This document shows, one piece after another, positions 38,811-44,564 of a stretch of 44,564 nucleotides of DNA (its first letter is position 1; every line of letters begins with the position of its first letter). A program made the translations under genes and the position numbers. The DNA comes from Candidatus Deferrimicrobium sp. (lineage in GTDB: Bacteria > Bacillota > Desulfitobacteriia > Desulfitobacteriales > JAJXUE01): NCBI GenBank assembly GCA_035654715.1, contig DASRWH010000251.1, forward strand, positions 1 through 44,564, in the 5' to 3' direction. Under the pieces are notes generated by a model. It was not told the DNA's origin. It saw only the letters and a list, made by a program, of their open reading frames with translations, and made no database searches.

Positions 38811-39052
38811 AGGCTCCTCCAATCGAACACTATATCTGAGTTTGCGCTCAGCTTTTTACTATAATATTAGACAAATGAAGCAGATATCCTTCTATTAGAG
38901 AATATTCCGATAAGTTACTTTTTCACAAAGTCTTGTTTTATTAGTCCATATTCTTTTTAAAAGGTATTTCTTAGAGAATTATCAGATAACTTTCAACTAT
39001 ATGTGCGTAATTCTAACACCACACCTGCTACGTACAATTATTTATTACATAC

Positions 39053-40006
39053 TTATAACTTTATCAATATTGGGATTAAAAATGGTACTACACTTGATAA
39101 GGTTAATCCACTAACAAAGCCAATAAGGGCTGTGTGATTACCCGCCGCAGCTGCAATTAAGGGCAACGTCGTATCCATCGTGGTCGCACCCCCAGGTGCA
39201 ACTGCAGCCAGAGGGCCAATTTTTTTAGCTAAGAACGGTATGGTCATAACCGCAATCAGCTCCCGAAATACATTGCTCAAAAAGGCAATAGCACCTATTT
39301 TTACGCTATAAATCTGGGCGAGCAATACCCCGGATAAACTATACCAACCAAACCCCGCTCCGATGGCGGAGGATTCGTTTATCGGAAAACCTAGCAAGGT
39401 CCCCCCTAGTACTGAACCTAAGAGGCTACCAAGCACAACACCCAATGGGACTAATAGAACCTTCCAGCCAACAGCTAGTACTTTGCGAAGGGTTTCTCCG
39501 CTCTTACCTAAATCAAGGCCCACCGCCCAAATCATGAAGTACAAAGCCCAAGCAGTTATTGTATCTAGATAGGGTTCTACGTCGTGAGGCAAGAACCAAT
39601 AACCAGCAGCTGTACCCAATAACAGGGAGCCGATGATATAGTAGGTCAAAGCATTGCTTAACTGCTGATGTGCACTCTCTTCCAAGTGGATCATCTGCGC
39701 CAATTCCTGTTCCTGAACATTCTCCTGTGAATTCGCAACTTCTCCAAACAACCAGCGTTCAAAAAAAACAACGACTAGGACACTTCCCCCTACTGCACAC
39801 AGGGCCAACACAAGAGCCTGTCCCCCGAACAGTGCGAAGTTTGCCATTAGCTTAGGGTCCAGTCCAATTTTGGCACCCATAGAGCCAATTAAAGCGACTA
39901 CTCCCATCATCGTAAATTTGCTTGCCCTGTCAGTTATTTGCTTGGGTAAAAACTTGAGTGCCCCACACACTATGCCAATAAGTAAAGCTAAAATTATTGC
40001 TGTCAT
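39053..40006 (-). CDS. LysO-family (DUF340, duplicated) lysine exporter-like membrane protein
   Basis: 317 aa polytopic protein with the C-terminal motif GGATTMDTTLPLI typical of DUF340/YbjE. Confidence 0.65.
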   Translation of the reverse strand: MTAIILALLIGIVCGALKFLPKQITDRASKFTMMGVVALIGSMGAKIGLDPKLMANFALFGGQALVLALCAVGGSVLVVVFFERWLFGEVANSQENVQEQELAQMIHLEESAHQQLSNALTYYIIGSLLLGTAAGYWFLPHDVEPYLDTITAWALYFMIWAVGLDLGKSGETLRKVLAVGWKVLLVPLGVVLGSLLGSVLGGTLLGFPINESSAIGAGFGWYSLSGVLLAQIYSVKIGAIAFLSNVFRELIAVMTIPFLAKKIGPLAAVAPGGATTMDTTLPLIAAAAGNHTALIGFVSGLTLSSVVPFLIPILIKL

Positions 40007-40148
40007 AGGTTCTTCCCGTCAACTCCTTTAATTAGCTTGAGTATATCACTTACAGCATAGAAGCAGTACGAATTTTTCAGTCAAGTATGCTTCATTCATT
40101 AAATGAGTTTAAAAGTAAAAGGCAGCCATAGAGGCAGCCTTTTGGGTT

Positions 40149-40742
40149 CTATTCCTTTTTTAGTTCTTCCAGAAAGGCCCTGCATTGTTTAGTAACGATG
40201 TCTGCCTTTTGTTGATACGCTTTAATTGTTTCTAGGGAAGCACTGTCTGTCTGCCAGGTCGCATCACGTAGTGACATGATCTTTTCACCTTGGTCATGTA
40301 CTGTCTTGGACAGTTCCATCACCTTGGTACGATCCTCATCACCCAGCTTGTAATGATACTTGGCCATTTTGCGATCAAGGTTGAATAAAACCAGTTGCAA
40401 TTCTCCTAACGACTCACTAAAGCTAAAGCCAAGTTTTCTAAAACCTGGGGCCTCATCAAACGCTTCGTATACTCTGGAGTTCTTTAGCAGTTGCGCTTCT
40501 TGTTTGACCCCTGCAAAATCTCCTAGTTGATTATCTCCCGGTCCGGTGGGACCGTTGGCTAACTTACTGAAGAGGGTAGCAGTATCATCCAATTGATTTT
40601 TTGTGGTAGTAAGTATCGTTTCTGCTAGGCGATCTCTTTCACCGTGGGCAACAACTAGTTTGGAAGAGTTAACTATCATTCCTACCAAAGTGATTCCTAA
40701 TACTACTAATAATCCAAAAATAAGTTTCCTCATTATCTCCAC
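40149..40742 (-). CDS. Hypothetical membrane-anchored helical protein
   Basis: An N-terminal TM helix (LIFGLLVVLGITLVGMIV) is followed by a predicted helical soluble domain. I recognise no motifs. Confidence 0.45.
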   Translation of the reverse strand: MEIMRKLIFGLLVVLGITLVGMIVNSSKLVVAHGERDRLAETILTTTKNQLDDTATLFSKLANGPTGPGDNQLGDFAGVKQEAQLLKNSRVYEAFDEAPGFRKLGFSFSESLGELQLVLFNLDRKMAKYHYKLGDEDRTKVMELSKTVHDQGEKIMSLRDATWQTDSASLETIKAYQQKADIVTKQCRAFLEELKKE

Positions 40743-40769
40743 CCGTTTCCTTGTAACTAGTATATTATT

Positions 40770-42560
40770 CTATTCTTGGAAATTTTGCCTAATCCTGCTT
40801 TTGGCTTCTAATTTGTCCATTAACTCATCTGTCTTAGTGCGTAAAGCAACCATTAGTCTCTCTAGACTTTCCACTTCTAGCATCCCGTTAAAAGACGGAG
40901 TCTGAAAAAAGCGTCTGGGTATGCGTATAGCACTGGGGTCGAAGCCAAGGCGTGCTTTGATGATCCTCTTCTGTAAGAATATTTGCGTTCCTAAATCTTT
41001 TAAAGCCTGTTCTTCCCAATCAAAATCTAAGGCGTTTAAGGCCTTAACCACCGTTTTGAAATCATAGACCTTTCGGGCGAAAAAACAAATACATAGCGAG
41101 GATAACGCATTCCTTTCGATTTCTTCAGCAATAATTTTATCCGCAAGCTTCTCTATAGTGACTTTCTCTTTTTCTTGATCAAAGGAATACCCAGCATTGT
41201 CCAAGTGAGAATGCCTTGCTCCAAAGGCCTGCCCAGCGATATTTGCATATCCGGTATGGTAGCCCGCAACTTCGTTTCCCGCCAGAGTTAATGCAAAATC
41301 ACGGCCGCCATACTTATTGGCTAAGACTTCCGTTCCAAAGGCCATAGCTTGGTAAAAGGGATGCTTTTGCTGCACTAGTTGCCTGATTGCTTTAAGATAG
41401 CCCTCGACATCCCCGAAGGACAATCTACCTAGCAAGTCCTCCTCTGATAGCAAGCCCTTCTCCATTGCCTCCGTTGCCCAGGCCAAGCACACTCCAGTGG
41501 CCATAGCATCTAGCCCGGCTCTCTCTACCTCTAATATCAAGGATAATATATCAGAGCGATTTGACAGCCCTAATAGTGCTCCTAAAGCATAAATCAGTTC
41601 ATGGTCGTACGCTATTTGGTTGAACTCGTACTCTTGGCTGGCATCGCCAAAGGAGCGTCGATACAGTGCTAAGTGGATACAGCCTATCGGACAGCCCGCG
41701 CAGGCTAGTTTGCGCAACAGGTTATGTTCTGCAAAGGCCTCTCCGCTAATTTCCCCAGCACCATCAAACTCACTAGCCTGTAGGTTTCGAGTAGGCAGTG
41801 ACTTAATTTGATTTAGTGTTAATACATTTCCCGCGGTTCCTAACCCGTGATATTTTTCCATCGTCTCCGTAGCTGTTACTTTTTTATAAATCTCGCTATA
41901 CACTTTTCCAAACTTAGCAGGGTTAGCTATTGCTGATTGATTTTCATCTCCTTTAATAACAACAGCCTTTAACAGCTTGCTTCCAAAGACAGCCCCCAGT
42001 CCCAATCTACCAAAATGGCGATAGGTATCCACATTCACACCTGCAAATCTAATCAAGCGTTCGCCCGCTTGCCCGATCCGCATACAGCTACGATGTCCCC
42101 TGCCGCCTTCCTGTTCACGCAGAATTCTACCACTCTCCTCAGTATCCGTACCCCATAAGGGTCCAGCTGGTTTAAACTTTACCCCCGTGGAGTCTATTAC
42201 AAGATAAGTTGGTCTGGTTGCCTTGCCCCTAATAACTATGCCGTCGTACCCGGCAAACCGCATTGCCATTCCCAGTCTCATTCCAGCGTGGCTTTCTCCT
42301 ATGCCCCCAGTGAGTGGGGATCTAAACATGGCCACTACTTTGGTCACCACAGGATATATTGCTGTCATCGGTCCAATGGTCATAATGATAGGTTGTTCTG
42401 CGGAGAAAACCCCTTTTTCTGGCTTAATTTCCTCGCCTAACAGCGCGGTTGCAAGTCCGCTTCCACCAAGCCAGTGGCATAAATCTGGTCGCCGCACTGC
42501 GTCCGCTCGCTCAGAACTGAGGTCTATAGTTAATACCTTGGGACCTTGCTCCTTTAACAT
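40770..42560 (-). CDS. Aldehyde:ferredoxin oxidoreductase (AOR) family tungstopterin enzyme
   Basis: 596 aa with an AOR N-terminal domain and a conserved 4Fe-4S Cys motif region (KLACAGCPIGC). It overlaps the upstream ferredoxin gene by 7 nt. Confidence 0.85.
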   Translation of the reverse strand: MLKEQGPKVLTIDLSSERADAVRRPDLCHWLGGSGLATALLGEEIKPEKGVFSAEQPIIMTIGPMTAIYPVVTKVVAMFRSPLTGGIGESHAGMRLGMAMRFAGYDGIVIRGKATRPTYLVIDSTGVKFKPAGPLWGTDTEESGRILREQEGGRGHRSCMRIGQAGERLIRFAGVNVDTYRHFGRLGLGAVFGSKLLKAVVIKGDENQSAIANPAKFGKVYSEIYKKVTATETMEKYHGLGTAGNVLTLNQIKSLPTRNLQASEFDGAGEISGEAFAEHNLLRKLACAGCPIGCIHLALYRRSFGDASQEYEFNQIAYDHELIYALGALLGLSNRSDILSLILEVERAGLDAMATGVCLAWATEAMEKGLLSEEDLLGRLSFGDVEGYLKAIRQLVQQKHPFYQAMAFGTEVLANKYGGRDFALTLAGNEVAGYHTGYANIAGQAFGARHSHLDNAGYSFDQEKEKVTIEKLADKIIAEEIERNALSSLCICFFARKVYDFKTVVKALNALDFDWEEQALKDLGTQIFLQKRIIKARLGFDPSAIRIPRRFFQTPSFNGMLEVESLERLMVALRTKTDELMDKLEAKSRIRQNFQE

Positions 42561-42970
42561 AAGTCCTCCTCACAACTAATTAGTCCCAATACACTGTGCG
42601 GGCAAAACTGGGCACATACTCCACAGTGTTTACAAATAATCGGCAGGCCTTCTTCCAATGGAATCGCTCCTATTGGGCAAGCCTTAGCACAACTTCCACA
42701 GCCTGAGCATTTATCAACATCCAGTATTACCCCACCACCGCTCCTAGCTGTTAATGCTCCACTAGCGCATGCCTGTTCACATTGTGGCTCTCCACAACCC
42801 CGACAAACACTAACAGAAAACTTTCCTTGGAGCCCTCCTTGGGTGCGAACCTGGACTGCGCTCATATGCGGTGAAAAACTATGATGCACAACTCTGGCAC
42901 AAGCGAACATGCAACTGTAACAACCGATACAGCGATTGCTATCTCTAACCGAGAGTAATTTCTTTCCCAT
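42554..42970 (-). CDS. 4Fe-4S polyferredoxin-like protein (AOR electron-transfer partner)
   Basis: 138 aa with four Cys clusters (CIGCYSCMFAC, CRGCGEPQCEQAC, CSGCGSCAKACP, CKHCGVCAQFCP). Confidence 0.85.
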   Translation of the reverse strand: MGKKLLSVRDSNRCIGCYSCMFACARVVHHSFSPHMSAVQVRTQGGLQGKFSVSVCRGCGEPQCEQACASGALTARSGGGVILDVDKCSGCGSCAKACPIGAIPLEEGLPIICKHCGVCAQFCPHSVLGLISCEEDLC

Positions 42971-43039
42971 CGCTTCTCCTTTAAAAACTGCTTTGTCTAC
43001 TTTTTGTACAAACAGAGTGAATTAATAATCAATAACAGT

Positions 43040-43320
43040 TTTTCCACACCCATAAGTTAATAATACTGCCCACTTTTCCGACTTATCCACATTATCCACA
43101 GGACCTGTGGATTAATGCTCCACAAATTCAATTCACATACTCACCACAGGCAAAACCCTTTAATACCAGGTTATTAACAGACTTATCCACATTATCCACA
43201 GGCTATGCCCAAAATAACAATCCACAGAACACACTTTCTGTCGAAGGGTGCGGACGACAATCGCGAAGCAGGTCGATTGTTGTTTTAATTTGACAAATGG
43301 CAAAACATTAGTTATCCACA
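43040..43320 (+). repeat. DnaA-box cluster (5 perfect TTATCCACA plus 2 one-mismatch boxes)
   Basis: Perfect boxes lie at 43083-43091, 43092-43100, 43183-43191, 43192-43200 and 43312-43320. TTTTCCACA is at 43040-43048 and TAATCCACA is on the opposite strand at 43106-43114. The 23-bp exact direct repeat GACTTATCCACATTATCCACAGG occurs at 43080-43102 and 43180-43202. Confidence 0.85.
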
Positions 43321-43351
43321 GCTACGAAATATACTTTTTTGTCTCAGAACA

Positions 43352-43377
43352 AGAAAAAAACTGCCCGAAGGCAGTTT
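43352..43377 (-). terminator. Terminator after the tsaD-membrane protein operon
   Basis: AAACTGCC-TTCG-GGCAGTTT followed by TTTTTTC on the minus strand. Confidence 0.75.
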
Positions 43378-43387
43378 AAAACGGATG

Positions 43388-43981
43388 TTAGGATTGCTTA
43401 TGAGAACTTGGCTTGGATAACACCAGTGCGAGGCTGAGACAAACTAATAACATAGCTATGAAAAAGCCCTTAATTAGCAGACTTTCGGAAGTACCGACTG
43501 GATCCAAAGGGTGTAGAACTCGACCAACTCCAGAATAACGCCACCAAATACCAATTGAGATGAGCAAATACAAACCCGCCAATATTTTAGGATTAGCTGT
43601 GACCTGGGCAGCAATATAGCCGACCGCCAAGAATAACATCACCCATACAGCAGCCACTGCTTTGGGTTCTCCTGACCAAGCAACCACATTCCATTCCAAA
43701 TACCCTAATGGAACCCAAATTAGAAAATTCACGAACCAAAATCCTGTCCCGACCTTTTGTGTCTGGGCAGCTATATCAAACAAAACCCTTTTTCCGCTCA
43801 GCAAATAAAGCAAGGCGGCCACTCCAAAAATTATAAAAATAACGAAACTTACCCAGGTAACAGCCCCATGCAACAGAACAAATCTCAGTGCATGACCTAA
43901 TTTCTTCTCATTAGGGGCGAGCACCAGCAAAACCGCCAACAATACCAGTAGTACCCCTACTAGTGAACGTCTCATTTTCAT
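43388..43981 (-). CDS. Hypothetical polytopic membrane protein (about 6 TM helices)
   Basis: 197 aa and highly hydrophobic. It lies 13 nt downstream of tsaD on the same strand. Confidence 0.55.
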   Translation of the reverse strand: MKMRRSLVGVLLVLLAVLLVLAPNEKKLGHALRFVLLHGAVTWVSFVIFIIFGVAALLYLLSGKRVLFDIAAQTQKVGTGFWFVNFLIWVPLGYLEWNVVAWSGEPKAVAAVWVMLFLAVGYIAAQVTANPKILAGLYLLISIGIWWRYSGVGRVLHPLDPVGTSESLLIKGFFIAMLLVCLSLALVLSKPSSHKQS

Positions 43982-43994
43982 CTTGTCTACTCCT

Positions 43995-44564
43995 CTAACT
44001 CAAGCTCATCCCTGGAACAGCATTCAAGGTAGGCAGGGCTACTTCTCCCCGCAAAAATTTATAGTATCCTGCACAACCGATCATCGCCGCATTATCTGTG
44101 CATAGGTCAACTGGAGGATAGAAAAAGTTTAGTCCTGCTTTCTGACAAGCCTGTTCTAGATTCTCCCTTAGGGAGAGATTGGCCGCAACGCCACCCGCTA
44201 GGACAACTGTTTGCACTTTTGTTAACTTTGCAGCACTTAATGCTTTACCAACTAGGACATCTACCACTGCTTGTTGAAAACTAGCTGCCAAATCATTGTT
44301 GTCTACCGTTTCTCCTTTTTGGGCAGCTTTATTAAGATAATTTAATGCTGCAGATTTCATGCCCGAAAAGCTAAAGTCTAAGCTACCCGGTTCCAGCCAT
44401 GCTCTAGGAAAGTCAATTGCCTTAGGATTTCCTGACTTAGCACTCTCTTGGATCTTTGGACCGCCCGGATATCCCAAACCCATTGCCCGTGCAATTTTAT
44501 CGAAGGCCTCTCCAGCGGCATCATCCCGGGTTCGCCCTAGCACCTGGTAATGACCGTGTCCTTC
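43995..44564 (-). CDS. tsaD: tRNA N6-adenosine threonylcarbamoyltransferase TsaD (Gcp/Kae1), C-terminal part; N-terminus lies outside the window
   Basis: The frame is open to the window edge (EGHGHYQVLGRTRDDAAGEAFDKIARAMGLGYPGGP...). Canonical TsaD motifs include FSFSGMKSA and CTDNAAMIG. Confidence 0.93.
   Translation of the reverse strand, partial: EGHGHYQVLGRTRDDAAGEAFDKIARAMGLGYPGGPKIQESAKSGNPKAIDFPRAWLEPGSLDFSFSGMKSAALNYLNKAAQKGETVDNNDLAASFQQAVVDVLVGKALSAAKLTKVQTVVLAGGVAANLSLRENLEQACQKAGLNFFYPPVDLCTDNAAMIGCAGYYKFLRGEVALPTLNAVPGMSLS

Noticed and set aside
40100-40148. Hairpin-like AAAAGGCAGCC...GGCAGCCTTTT after the 40149-40742 gene, as a terminator.
   Set aside because: The GGCAGCC units are direct repeats rather than inverted repeats. 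Only a 7-bp A/T-rich outer stem with a 13-nt loop can form, which is too weak to call.
43040-43320. DnaA-box cluster as the chromosomal replication origin (oriC).
   Set aside because: No dnaA, dnaN or rpmH lies nearby. Gene orientation does not switch across the region, since both flanks are on the minus strand. I see no obvious AT-rich DUE or DnaA-trio array. The whole-genome context is still needed to be certain.

Overview
This 44.5 kb window looks like core chromosome from an anaerobic Gram-positive bacterium. A Clostridia/Peptococcaceae-like origin is my inference from CIRCE-groESL, an L-box, Sec-dependent formate dehydrogenases, a tungsten-type AOR and a ytrA-like operon. It carries about 45 genes, more than 80% on the minus strand, and I saw no rRNA, tRNA, CRISPR array or mobile element.

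Content in window order:
- A GntR(YtrA)-ABC transporter operon and an M42 peptidase.
- A Tat-exported, selenocysteine (in-frame UGA) formate dehydrogenase operon fdnG(U)-fdnH-fdnI-fdhE, preceded by a membrane Cache-HAMP-HTH one-component regulator.
- A PAS/HD-GYP phosphodiesterase and a GGDEF cyclase.
- A lysine riboswitch plus terminator controlling an APC permease.
- cvfB-like, guaA and hpt.
- A MoxR-DUF58-transglutaminase triad.
- groES-groEL with a perfect CIRCE operator.
- A Moco-riboswitch-like leader with moaA-MOSC-moaB, an orphan ANTAR response regulator and fdhD.
- A beta-carbonic anhydrase, an APC permease and ybaK.
- A second, cytoplasmic Sec formate dehydrogenase (NuoG-like FdhA) with NuoF-like and NuoE-like subunits and 5-formyl-THF cyclo-ligase.
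- A LysO-type exporter and an aldehyde:ferredoxin oxidoreductase with a polyferredoxin.
- A dense DnaA-box cluster next to the tsaD operon.

The ORF track splits both formate dehydrogenase catalytic subunits at UGA codons. I join them as selenoproteins.

I do not see a clear new multi-gene system such as a defence island. The most unusual items are the non-oriC DnaA-box cluster, the Cache-HAMP-HTH regulator with candidate operators upstream of fdnG, and the clustering of Mo/W-pterin enzymes, their maturation genes and RNA control elements.
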